Below, in pieces: positions 1-12,156 of a DNA stretch of 62,608 bases (the first letter of the stretch is position 1; every line of letters begins with the position of its first letter). The notes under the pieces are model-generated. The model did no database searches, was not told where the DNA came from, and saw only the letters and a program-made list of their open reading frames with translations. The DNA comes from Polymyxa betae A26-41. Lineage: Eukaryota; Protista; Endomyxa: Phytomyxea. The position numbers and the translations under genes are program-made. Location: positions 1-62,608 of the forward strand of contig RBZT01000508.1 in NCBI GenBank assembly GCA_003693705.1. The letters are read 5' to 3'.

Positions 1-161
1 ACGGTACGAGTCAATACGCTGCTGACAGTTGCTGTTTCGAGAGGTCCGACTAATTTGAGATCTTCCCTGGGATGATATTCTTTGATAACCTTGATCAAGG
101 CCGGGGTATGAGTGGTTTCGAGCCAGTGTTCTGAGAGCAATAACGATTTCTTCGGGGGCAT
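1..161 (-). CDS. 5' part of a hypothetical ORF running off the window (MPPKKSLLLSEHWLETTHTPALIKVIKEY...)
   Basis: ATG on the minus strand followed by an open frame to the window edge; no recognisable domain. Confidence 0.3.
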   Translation of the reverse strand, partial: MPPKKSLLLSEHWLETTHTPALIKVIKEYHPREDLKLVGPLETATVSSVLTRT

Positions 162-313
162 GATTGATACTCCGAGTACGTGCTATTGACCAACGATAGG
201 ACGAATGACAGCCGTCAGGACAACCGAATCAAGAAACGAGGCAGCCGCAGCGCATTTCACACACGAAGGGCGAGCACTACTTCATGATGCACAGTCCAGT
301 GAGCTGGAGTTAA

Positions 314-620
314 GAGTTCGTCTGGAGGCAGGCTGAAAACGCCGTTCCGTGGCTCAAAACGCCGTTTTGAAACTGAGTTGCAACTGTCTGGAGGCAAAAC
401 GGAGCCTCATCCGAAAACGCAGTTTTCTTTTCAAAACGGAGTGCGTGTCGCCGCACCTCCCTGACGCACAGGATTCTGCGCAAACGGCGTTTTGTCTTGG
501 GTGTCTGGAGATTCCAAGCCCATCAAAACGCCGTTTTAACAGAACGCCGTTACGACGATTTGAAACAACGGCGTTTTGCCGTAACGGAGTTTTGAAACAC
601 GGTCGCGTCCAGACGCGCTC
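314..620. mobile_element. Tourist-like MITE (PIF/Harbinger superfamily, non-autonomous)
   Basis: TAA on both sides (311-313, 621-623); imperfect TIR gagttcgtctggaggc versus the reverse complement of the right end gagcgcgtctggacgc (13/16); interior packed with AAACG(C/G)CGTTT-like palindromes. Confidence 0.65.
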
Positions 621-645
621 TAAAACTAAATTTTGAAAGCCCGCC

Positions 646-960
646 GTTTGCGCAATTTGCGCAAAGGATTTGGATTTATATTTTGCGACGCTTTGCGCGG
701 TGTGATTTTTTTCTGCGCACTGTTTGCGATTTAATCGTTGGCTTTGCACGACAATTAGTGGTCGCCATTCGCTCAGTTTTTATTGGATTGCTCAGATTCT
801 TGGATATCTTGCAGCGCCATGTCTAAACTTTGGAACGCAGTCATCGTGAATTGCCTAGAGCTGCACGCATAACGGCAAAGTGCGAAAAATCTACAAAAAA
901 TTAGAGATTTTGCATTCCTTTGCGCCGATTGCGCAAAATGCGCAGAAATTTTTGCGGTGC
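646..960. repeat. Array of TTTGCG/TTGCGCAA-like motifs upstream of the transposase (probable subterminal binding sites)
   Basis: Repeated tttgcgcaa, tttgcga, ctgcgca and attgcgcaaa at ~647-730 and ~880-960. Confidence 0.45.
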
Positions 961-1009
961 TGTCATACAGAGAAAGCGACTGTGGCATTCCTAGCTGCTG
1001 CAATCGCCC

Positions 1010-2007
1010 ATGTCTGCTAACTCACGATGGTTTATGGCCCGAACAGTATCGCTCTTGGGACCGGCGACGGACACTCAGAGATGGCATAAGCGATTTCGCA
1101 CCCTCTTTGGTGTTTCATTTCAGATCATGATTTCACTCTGGGAGCTTTTACAGTTCAATGCCCCATCACAGTTTCATAGGGAGCATCTACTATGCGGGCT
1201 GTTTTTCCTTAAGGTGTATCCAGCAGAGACTGTAGCGACCTGTGTTTTCGAGACAACAGGAAAAACGTGGCGGAAATGGGTCACTATTGTTGTTCAAGCT
1301 ATCTCTGAGCTTGAATTGGTACGTACAATAAACAATTTCAGAGTTAAAATTGGGATTGAAAATGGAGCCATGATGCAGATCATAGAGAATTTGGATTACA
1401 ATAATTTGGTTCCATGCCCGGTTAAAATACTGAATGTGTTGACATATTTTCTGGGATGGCCGCTTTGAGGATTGGGACTGCGATCAACCATCCTGTTATG
1501 TCGACGGAGTTGATTTCGCTGTTTTTGAACAAACTGTTTGGACAAAGGATGACTTCTCTCACAAAATGAAGCATGTCGCACTCCGTTATGAAGTGGCAAC
1601 CGCTTTAGGATGCTCAAAAATCGTGCATATTGCAGGTGCCCTATCGCCGGTCTGTGGCCAGATTTGAAACTAGCACAGCATCATATCATCCGTCGTATGC
1701 TGGATGATGAAATGGCTTGTGCAGATTTAGGTTACCGAGATGGTTGTGCTCGAATGATGACACCTTTCCGAAACCCTAACCCTTCTGAAAAAAATTAACA
1801 GCGAAATGCATGTGATTGCAGCTCGGCATGAAACAGTGAATTCCCGATTGAAGACGTTTGGTTGTCTTGGTGTGAAATATTTTTCATGGGCGCGAGTCTC
1901 ATCCGACTGTGTTTACCGCCTGTGCCAACCTCCTTCAGCTGCTGTTGGCAGAGGAGCCTCTTTTTGACTGGCGAGACTCTGTTGCAAAGTTCAAAAATAA
2001 CAATTAA
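1010..2007 (+). pseudogene. PIF/Harbinger-type (DDE_Tnp_4-like) transposase, frameshifted
   Basis: HLLCGLFFLKVY N-terminal motif; catalytic-type motifs YVDGVDF...SHKMKHVALRYEVA, WPDLK...ADLGYR, ARHETVNSRLK; C-terminal EEPLFD; frameshifts near 1637, 1790 and 1885. Confidence 0.8.
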
Positions 2008-2189
2008 AAACCAGCCCTTTATTCATTGGAATACAGATAAAATCGTGTCTGATGTATTTTGTGGAAATTACCGGAGCCTCCAGGGTATCTTTGATGAAAA
2101 AATGTAAGTGGCCTGAAAAGATAGGTACGTTTGTATAGAGTTCATTAAAAGATACGTAGACACAGCCACCCACCCTCGGCCTCCGTAGA

Positions 2190-2575
2190 ACTGCAGCTTC
2201 CGTTTCCCTGATTTACTGATGAATTCACATACCGACTTATGCGGTGCCATGAGAATTCCTGCTTCAGACGGTGAACGCTATATGATGACCATTCTTGATC
2301 AGTATACTCATAATGCGGAAACATACTGTATTAAGGATAATTTCAGGCATTTGCTTGCTTCGAACGGTATCGCAAACTTGTGCGAAACCAGCACAAAGCA
2401 AAATACAGTTAGGCGTCGTTGGCAGAAACCACAGGAATTCCTGTGGTTTCTGCCCGCATTGATGGAGGCGGCGAATGCAGCTCAATGAAACAGTTTGTTA
2501 AATGACAAAGGCATTTGCTTAGAGCGTACAATGCCATATAGCTCCAAAGAGAACCCTAAATCGGAGCGACGCTGT
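2190..2575 (+). mobile_element. Ty1/copia integrase-core relic
   Basis: HTDLCGAMRIPASDGERYMMTILDQYT, then in a shifted frame RIDGGGE...KGICLERTMPYSSKENPKSERR, matching the copia rve motifs HxDLxGP, RTDNGGE and PYTPQQNGxAER; interrupted. Confidence 0.75.
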
Positions 2576-2998
2576 TAACTACCGCGACCAGGGATAGCCT
2601 GATCCAAATGGATGAGATCCAGGACTCCATTGGTAGATTTGACTGCCAAGAAGGTTCCGTCCTTCTATCTGTCCATGAATATCACGACAAACACGCGGAT
2701 CCTCTGTGCAAGAAGCCCCTAGACGCGTTCTTCGACTGAATTGTTGGATTGTACAGAGAGCTGCATGATCTTCCACACAATGTATGACGAGATTTTCTGC
2801 TTTTAGAATATAGCGGGTCGCTGCTGCTGTCGTCGTTCTAGTAAAACCACTTTCAAATATCTGACGTAATTCTAGAAGAATTCAAATCTGGAACATAGAA
2901 AATGCAAATTATCTGCGTTTTTCCCTAAGAAGGAACAAACTATCCTTGGATTTTCTGTGGTCAGGTGAACATCCCCGTTTTATTTTGCCATGCTGATA

Positions 2999-4639
2999 TC
3001 ACTCGTCAAAAGTTTGCGTCGAATTGTCGATCAATTCTGCAGCAAGATCGGATGCGAGTTTGGCTTTCTCCAGGACTTTCGTTCGCCCCTCTTCATGTAA
3101 TTTGAAACAGATTTAGCTCCAGTATGCCAACAAATGTTACTATTGACAGACATTATAGAATTGCATCGTATTTAAATCCATATTAAAGCTCTCCCTAGCA
3201 TGTGCCAGATCTTGGGCCCCAATCAAACCCGCCAAGAACGCTTCAATGCTCGCCTCCAGATAACTAAGAAGAACAGTGAAAATTAGCCGGCGTTCGCACG
3301 GTCGGTATCACTTATCAAAGACGAAGATGCCCTGATCTCGAAGTTCCTTGCGCCTGTAAGAATTTTATTCCTGTCAAGCTGCATACTGAAAAAGTTTACC
3401 TCTTGGGTGAGGTCTTGGGATTGTTATGCTTATCAACAACATCGTGAATCAATGACAATGCCACCTGATGATTGGGCTCCTTCAGGACCTGACGCATGAA
3501 CTGAACATCACCTTCGCCGCTATCTCCTATCAATACAAATCTATATCTATGTCAGAGGATGACGCAAGCATGATGTTCAGGACGAACTCGTAATCTGGAT
3601 AAAACTGCTTGTACGCCATGTAGTTGCGGAACTTGCCTCTAGCCTTGCCGCCGTTGGTCCAGGCGATGCTGGTTGCCGCAATAACTGTGATATTGGGGAA
3701 TCCTTTCTCGAGCAGTTGAAATTTCGTCCACCATATGAACAGACGGTTAAAATCGTCAGGCCGCGCCGTCAAGAACGCCACATTGTTCCACATCGGCAAA
3801 CAGCCATGGAATGAAAAGTAGAACATGCGAATACCGGGATAGACAGCGACGCCAGGGAAGCTCTGATCGTTAAGACTCGGGAACAGAGTGTCGTCGATAT
3901 CAGAAAGCACCTTTATCGATCGACGATTGTGGCTCGCAAGCTGCGCGTGAATGTGGGCCACGACGCGATCCAACATGGCCTGGACATGCGATAAAACGAT
4001 TGGGACAGCTGCGACGAGCTCGTACAGGACTGAGAATCCGTGAGGTCGGAACCAGCTTGTCGTCCAACGCATTGCGTAGCTGTACGAGATCGCTGAATGT
4101 TGTTGATGTGATGATTTCCAAGAATCTGAAACAACCTCAGTAATTGGTAGCGGAAACACCGATGCGCCAGACTTCGCCTGTCTATCCGGCCTGGATAAAT
4201 CATCCAGATCCCGGACGTAGGCGACCTTCTCGTCCAGCGTCATTGTTGTTACGTTCAGAAGTTCACTGATACATGTTTAGTGCTGGGACGTACTGGCCCT
4301 GGTTGATAAAGCGCGAACCTGTCCAATCTTTGCAGAGGTGGTGCGTTCGTTAACAGATTCCTGGTGCAGAGCACGGTCATGATTACGGCCATACCGGCGA
4401 ACCTCTGCCCGATCCAGGCCATCGCCATCAGCTCGATACCAAAATGACAGGTCAAGTTCGCCAGGCAATGGGATAACTTGCTCGCTCAGAATCGCTGTGA
4501 AGTGTGCCATGATGTGCAACAGTCCGGAAACTTTTATGTTCCAGAAAACAGTTCGAGGTTGAAAGGTGTAATGATAGCTGACACCGAGCAACCGGCAGGT
4601 GTAGCGGATGAAATCGTCGCAAACCAACATGGTCAACAT
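2999..4639 (-). CDS. App1-like HAD-family phosphatase (putative phosphatidate phosphatase), multi-exon
   Basis: VLSDIDDT (DxDxT) motif, FLTARP, spliced LIGDSGEGD, then GIFVFDNYLEASIEAFLAGLI; GT-AG introns; stop inferred at 2999. Confidence 0.65.
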
Positions 4640-4965
4640 GAAACAGTTTCGCTCAGATTTGGCTGAATAAATAAACTTTTAAGGGGCAGTGGGTTTCAGA
4701 TTCGATCAGACGGCGAGACGAGCCCATTTTTGAAGACGGCCAGTTCGAATTGTTCGACAAAGAATCTTCGGCGGGAAAAATTGCCGACCGTGTCGCGTGC
4801 CTGGCTAGATAAAAGCAGAATCGGTAGATATTGATTGAATCCAGATGGAATGTTCGCGCTGTCGTCATCGGTTTGAGACCGATCACGAGCCTAGTTTCTG
4901 CACGTAAATTCTGTCGCGTTGTGGACAGAGATTCACGATCGTAAGCATTTGATAGGAAATGCGGC

Positions 4966-7900
4966 ATGAGCCGATCCAAAGGGCCAACGAAAGCGGTCCC
5001 GCCCATCCCTACGAAGGCGCCATGTCCGGCATCAGCACCACAGTCTCGATCTGCACAAGATGTGACCAACGAAATCGCTGTCCGAAACTGGATTGAATCG
5101 ATGACAATGATGAAGCTGAACAATGACGATATCTGTTTGGCGTTGCGATCCGGAATCGAATTGTGCATGTTATTGAACCGAATCCAGCCTGACCTTATCA
5201 AGAAAATCAACCGGGTTAACCAGCCATTCCTGGAACTTGAGAATATTGGCAAGTAGGTCACAGCATTGTTTGTTGGTAGAAACTCGAACATCGAAATAGA
5301 TTTGTTCTTGGAGCGCGAGCCCTGGGTGTTCCGAAATCCGACGTAAACCGCCCTGTTTGTATTGTGTTTGTCGATTTGACTATGATGGGAATCGCAGGTG
5401 ATCCAAGCTGCCGATCTTTGTGACGCTCTAAATCCAGGTCGAGTGGTTTCCTGCATTATAGCGCTGGCTAGGTGTGCAGAGGTCAAAGCTCCAGATCTTC
5501 CCCGATTAGATCTTAATGGCTCAAAGTTGCAAGCCAACGAGACGTCGAAAAGCGATACTCAGAAACTAAACCAGCGGCTCAGTGTCTCGATTTCCCCGAT
5601 CAGCGCCTCCATGATGGATGCGAATTCCGCTTCGGCATTAGAGTCGCAACTAAAGAGGAGGCAATCTTCGATTATTCTGCAAAGGTTTAGTTCGGCAATG
5701 TGCAGCAGCAGCTTTAACGTTTGACGTCCTGACGTAGAGAAGTTGATCATTTAAAAGAGGAAAAACATCAATTGGAACAAACGAATCAGGAGAGGATCGC
5801 GCAATTCCAGCAACTTCAAGCTGCCGATAAGAATATGATCGGCAAGCTTCAGATCGAGAACCAAACAGCGATGATGGAACTCGACCAAATGCGGACCGCT
5901 TTAAAGAAAGCTGAGATCGATATGGCCATCCAGAAGAAACAGGTATGATGGCGTATTAAAGGGTGGTCATATCATGATGGTTTCAGAACAGGCAGAAGCA
6001 GATCGATTGCAGGCAATGACACAACAACAACGTGCCGTACAAGATGCAACGGAACAGTTAGAACAAAAGCTGACTGCCCAACACCAGCGTGAGCTGGAAC
6101 AGCTCAAAACAGCATCGAAGGTTTTGATCATGCCTGCGGATTATGAAACATCTGATGAAGGATCCAGGCAGCGTTGGATGAACGCAGACGTCAAATTCAA
6201 AAGGAGAGTGAAGAATTAGGTGCCAAACGAGGCAAAAAACTTGAGAATGCTCTGCAGCGTATCACTCAATTGGAGCAAACCGACGACAACAATCATAACG
6301 ACGAAATCGCTCGAATTAAGCAAGAAGCTCGAGTCCAGATAGCCGTTGAAAGCGAGAGGTATTTTGATTTTCGGGGCGCTTTCTGGAATTCTGAATGAAT
6401 ATCTTTAGAATTCGTCTAGAGGCAGATCAAAGAGCTATTGAGCAAGTGCGTTTGCAAGCTGAACGGGCAAAACAAGAGATAACGTCCGTTAGCACAGTTC
6501 TGAGAAAAATTAGTATCACCTGACATGACCAATTAGAGCTCAAGTTACCGAACAATGCCAGTTAGAGCTTGCCAAGATGAAAGGACAGATTGAGACACAT
6601 GTCGTACAGAAGACGACGGCGCTACAAGCGGAAACGAGGCAACGCGAACGAGAATTACGCAAAAGTCTAGAAGTCGAGTTAACTAGTTTAGAATTGCTAG
6701 GTAAATCTAAAATCATGAAGAACAGTTGAAATGCTGAGGTGACGTCTCAGGGAAAACGTTGGAGCAGGAAAGAGCACTTCGCGTGAAATATGAAGAAGAG
6801 CTTCAGCACGTTCGAGACGATCTCGATCGCAAGATCGCAAGCGTTCGCGATGAGCAGGTAAGCACATACCAGCAATTACGGAGAACTGTCAAGTTCATTT
6901 TCGACTAGATGCTACATCAGAGTGAAAAAGAGGCCCAACTTCGAAAAGAATTCGAAGATGAGCTGCAAAGAATGAAAGATGTTCTCGAACAAAAGGTGCG
7001 ATCTGAAGAAAGGTTAAGAGTCGAAGAACGAAGAAAGATCGAGGAGAAGTATAAGACCAAAGTCCAGGAACTCAACCGGAAACATCTAGAACTATTGAAG
7101 GTTGGTCATACTGTCCCTAACCAAACCCCCGTTTAGTCATTCCATTTCGATGCAGAAACAAGCGGATTTAGAAACCGCTTCAGCTGAGGACCGTGCTGGA
7201 TTAGAAGGGACGGTGAAACAAATGGAAGATACCATAAAACAATTAGAAGCAGAAGCCCAGGTTCGATCAGCGGTAGAACAAGAGCGAGACCGCTTTATGG
7301 CAAAGGTGATTGCTTAGAGATAAGCAATGCTAGTTAATGCTGACATCCCACACAAGATTGCAGAATTGGAGAATGAGAAGCGGAATTCCCAGGCGGTCTA
7401 CGAGCAGCGACTCCGGTTGCTGCTATTGATAATCAGTCGCCGCATTTCTGATTTGAATACCAGGGAAGTGACTGAAGAGTTGACGAAGCAGCGAACAGCC
7501 CTGGCTAAGCTACAAGACGAGCTCGACAATAAGCTAAATGATGAACTCGCCATTATAACAGGGCCTGGGGTCGCAGCCAACCGGTAACATAATTTCCAAG
7601 TTGTGTGCTCACCTGGGGTCATTTCACTCTGTTATGAGAGCGCTCTCTGTTTATCATTTGCCAATCATGGCTGTTCTATTCGTTGAGTGTTGAGGTGTCT
7701 TTGGTGTCTGGCATCAGTTCCAAGAGCACTGCAATGACGGCTGATAATATTCTATAGAGAGGCGGAACTGCAAGCGCTCCGTCTGTCGCAAGAGGACACG
7801 TTGAATCAATACAAGGCGGAGATCGATAGACTGAATCGAGGCCTAATACAGGAAAAAGAACATATCGAAAGGCAAATACAGCAGCAGTATGAAGATAAGC

Positions 7901-8909
7901 TGCAAGCGCTGCAAAGTCTGAATCTATCAGCATTTTTTCAAGGATTACCTGACTTTGTTATTTAAAGGTCATCTGGACGCTGAGCATCGTACTGTGAAGA
8001 ACCTAAAAGCGGAACTCGCGACGATTAAGAAGACGCAAAATTCAAGCGATCATGCAAATACAGTTCAGGTCTTACAGAAGGTCCGACCGTAATACTTTCC
8101 CCAATCACTTTTTAAACTTGACAATAGGCTCTGGTTGATATGGGAGTCACCCATAGTCGAGATGTGGATGCTTTGAAGACGAAGTTCGCACAAGAAATGA
8201 CGAAAGCTATCGAGACGCTTCGTGCCGAGTATGAACCCAAACTGGCCTCGCTACCTGGAGACGATAACAGACAGCAGCTGATTGCATCGTATGAAGAGAA
8301 ACTGGAAGCTGAGCGCTCCGCTCGTTTGAAAACTGAGGCAGCCCTTGCCGCCCAACCAACGCCACCGTCATTGGAATTGGTTGCACCACTGCCTCTAACT
8401 GTTGGCGTTCCTCCACCGCCGCCATCACCGCCTGCTGGCGTTCCTCCACCGCCACCACCACCGCCTGCTGGCGCTCTACCGCCTCCGCCACCTGTTTCAA
8501 ATTCCAGCCCTGTTGATCTCCTTTCGGCACTTCGAAATATGCCATCTCTGAAGGTACTTAATTGGAAGTCGTCAAATTTATCTCTCATCAACACTTGTGA
8601 TACAGAAAATCGAAACTGACGATTCACAGACAAAGCTTTCGGGGCAAGCAGAATTATTAGAAGCGATCAGGTCCCGGCCTAAGCTCAAGAAAGCGAGCGA
8701 ACGCAAGCTACCAAATAGATCCAGTAGTAGCGGCTCTGATAAAGGAAGCGCTGGCCTGATGGGTATGATGGGAATGATGAATATTGTAGGATCGGTTACA
8801 GACTTATCGAATGAGATCATATTTAACAATACGCTGTTAGGCTCAGATTGCGGCTCAGAAAGCAGCTGCAAGAAAAAAGCGAATGCAAGAATCCGATGTT
8901 TGCGTGTGA
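4966..8909 (+). CDS. Calponin-homology + long coiled-coil + poly-proline + tandem WH2 protein (actin regulator)
   Basis: CH motifs WIE, LRSGIELCMLLN, ENIGKF, ALGVP, DL and VVSCIIALAR; E/Q/K/R-rich heptad exons; PPPPP tracts at 8410-8490; WH2-like DLLSALRNMPSLK and ELLEAIRSRPKLKK; last exon AQIAAQKAAARKKRMQESDVCV*. Confidence 0.75.
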
Positions 8910-9268
8910 AAGTTTGTAAGCGATAACGATTAGCCACAACGTGAAACAATTTTAGTCACTGCTTTCAAAGAAATTCTTGATTGTATAGTACAGATTGCTA
9001 CAAAATACAGTGTCTTTGTAGCCCAGGATTATAAACATTGTTTAAATAAGTGTTTTGTTATCTGAAAGGGTCTCTGGTGCTTGGGTTATCAAATGGTTTA
9101 ATGTTGATCGTAGATCGTCTTATAGGCTGTAATTATTCCCTTTCTTTCTAAACCGGGGCAGAATCTGATTAGATAGTTGAGAATTCTTCGATATTTCGGT
9201 GTGCTTGTAGAGAATCCAATCTACTCGACTGACAAAATTAAAGCGTTGAATGACTCGTTGTCGTGATT

Positions 9269-9830
9269 CTATCTAACAACTATTCGTTTAGTATCCCAAC
9301 TCATGGTGCTGACAGATTTTGAAGATCCCAAGTCACGTTCAAAATCGATTCCGACAAGTTCCATGAAATATGCCATGATGTATTTGAGCATCCGATAGAG
9401 CAACGGCACCCGACAATCAGAGACTCTCAGAAGGACCGTTGTGAACTTGATGCAGAACGAGCTGTAACCGCCATTGGTTCTCAGTCCAGAATCGTCCAAT
9501 GCCGAAGAGTTGCAGTTCTGGACTTTGTTGAATGATTTTAACAAGAACGTTTTCCGAAGCGCACACAGGTCGACCGCATTGGCGGAATGCCGCTCATCCT
9601 CTTCGCATTGATCGCTTCTAGATACGTTTTGTGGTTGGTTCATCCACAACAGATGCAGAGTATCGAATAGGCATTCAGGAGTACTCGCTTTAACCGAATA
9701 ATGTTGCCCAACGGAACTTCTCGAAACAAAATGCATAAAATAGTACGAAACGCAAATTCTTCGTCTTCATCAGCTTCTGCGTCTTCTTCGTAATAATACG
9801 AACTCTGTCACGGTTTAGCCACCCTGTACG
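9269..9830 (-). CDS. Hypothetical protein (exon structure unresolved)
   Basis: Open frames including an acidic YEEDAEADEDE stretch; no domain recognised. Confidence 0.25.
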
Positions 9831-11032
9831 GCTTCGCTTTCAATACTTCCACATCATTCAGACCAGATCGCAATCTGTGGATCTGAATGCTGCAGAAGGG
9901 CGATTTGAACTTGGAGATGGTGGCCGAATTCAACATCTGTCAATTGCATAGATGATCGTGGCCCATGATTAAAGTTTGATCGGTTCTGGTGGCGACGGGC
10001 TGGCTCAAGCCAACACCTTGCGCGTCCTTCACGACAAGCGCCATGCATCCGATCAACGCCACGATTGCGGCCGCCCCAAGGCTCGATTGTCACCATCTGT
10101 TATACACAGAAACGTCATGGAAGATTGGTCAAATGTAATCTGCCGTCATTGGTCAGAAATTGATTCCATCTCTGAGGGCTCAGAATACCAAAACAATGAG
10201 CTTCTAAAAATACACATGTAATAAAAGTATTATTGGCATATGTAGTGATATTCATTTACTTCCTATTGGTACAATATACCAGCAGGACGACAAACATGAG
10301 AAATGGATTCATGAGAAGAACGCCTACAAGGTGATGATTGTGATCGCCAACTCACAACGATCAGCTTGTCGATTGATCCATAATACCAAGATATGAATTC
10401 TACAAGAGTCTAGCTCATATGCCTTGTAGCATCGAGAGCGACTTATGGTATGAGATTCCCAAAATTTACGACAGAAAAATTCAACTCGTTCAAAATGCAG
10501 ACAGCATGCTGGGTGTAAACTCCATCAAAACAGAATCTGGTAGTGCTGTTTTAATACGAAATGCTGCATAATGTGAATAAACGCAGCTCTTCGAATCACT
10601 GAGCCTGGGTCACAGTTTTCATGGGTAGGCTGTATAGCATGTCTGCAGCAAGCTTTCACCTTCCAGATGCCTTCATAGTCAACTCCAACGATAATACTAC
10701 AACCACATTGATCCCTATGTTGGCTTCGTCAGCTACGACGGCAACGCCTCCCATCAACATCGTGAACAAGTCGAAATGAGCGATTGGGGGCTCCTCCTCC
10801 TTGTAAGCGATAAGAGGCCGCCCCGCTCCTCATTGATGTCATGTCCACATCTCGAGGTTTAAAATGGCCAAACTACAGTCATCTTTATCAAGCGTTTTTA
10901 CAACACTGTAGTATCTCAATTGCAGGAAGCAGCTATCATGCTGTATAATGAGACCTGTGAAGTCAGACCCGACGCTTGTGGCTCTCAGAGCGTATTCGAT
11001 ATAGACTGTGTGGCGTCGGAGATCCAGCATCA

Positions 11033-12147
11033 ATGATCAAAGGAGCCATGAACCGTGACGACATCCGCGATCTGGTCGTTGGCGGGCACGTCCCGATCCG
11101 ATTCGATCTGGCGGCCACCGACCTGGCCAGCCCTGTAGCCCCCGTCCCCATCTATGTACTTCGGCCGCTGCTAGCCTCACCCACCTTCTAATCGCTCATC
11201 GACAGATTCGAGTTCGTCGCGTCGCTTTCTTGGTGCAGTTCGTCAAATGCCTGTCAGAATGGTTTCAAGGTGCGATGAAAATAGCCACCAAGGGTTTAGG
11301 GTTTTAGAATTGCTCTTTGCAGAGTTCGTCTCAGATTTGTCGTGCGATCCTTGGCTGGAATGTGACCAGCTGGGGCCGATTCCGTGGCAGTATCCAGCTG
11401 GGGCTCTGTACGACCTGCTCGAAACTCAGCCGCGACCATGGCGCCTTCGTGTCCATTATTCAGCGTTCCCCTGCGCCGTCGTCATGAGCTTCACTAACGG
11501 CGCCAATTCGCCTCGCGCTCATTTCCTGAACTCGCTTAAACAGGTCTCATTCATCGATGCTTTTCAGTTCCGTAAAACTGAATCTGTTGAAGGCCGCTTT
11601 TCTGATGTTCGGGACTGCCGAGCCTATCATGAAACTCGCTTCAGAACGCATCCAGAATCTGTTCGATTCAATGTCGCTCGGTTTGTTGTTGAATGACATC
11701 CCGTTCGGAATGCTGAAATGCCTCTCAGGGTGTGCACCTGCCGTGCTGGCCCCGGAGGAGATCGTCACCGGCGGCCAAATGAACTGCCTCCCAGTCCGGT
11801 TCGTGAGCGTTGAACGCGACGGCACTATTCGGGTCCGACAACGGCCGCTGTCGGCATCCGATTCGTGGACAATCGCTGCAGCTTTCGAGTTTGTCACGGG
11901 CGCCTCTGTTCGCGAATGCGAATTCGTGTCTCACGGGGTCGTGCTGGACCCAGGTCGGTGTGTTGTAATCGATGTTTGCTGCTTCTGGCAATGACATGTC
12001 TGATCGTGTGTATTTTGTTTTCCAGAATCCGATCTGAATGCAATCTGTATTTCAATCCCATTCTGTGATATGTTCGTGTACATCACGCACGGACCGAAGA
12101 AATTGGTACCGGGTCCCGGGCCTATCTATATCGGACCTGACGAATAA
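11033..12147 (+). CDS. ATG5: Autophagy protein 5
   Basis: GHVPIRF, PIPWQYPAGALYDLL, PWRLRVHYSAFP, FLNSLKQA, HGVVL and DMFVYI motifs across spliced exons. Confidence 0.85.
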
Positions 12148-12156
12148 ATACCTCCG

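Noticed and set aside
331-600. CRISPR-like appearance of spaced palindromes
   Set aside because: Short, degenerate, irregularly spaced motifs in a eukaryotic TE context with no cas genes.
349-1003. ORFs 349-636, 354-749 and 773-1003
   Set aside because: Incidental frames through MITE and subterminal repeats; no domain and no coding signal.
5250-5299. Possible GC-AG intron in the CH gene
   Set aside because: The GT donor four bases downstream gives the expected ENIGKFVLGARALGVP frame.
4653-5537. 294-aa minus-strand ORF
   Set aside because: Antisense shadow of the CH-domain exons.
10220-10850. Possible small multi-exon minus-strand gene
   Set aside because: I could not build a consistent spliced ORF or recognise a domain.
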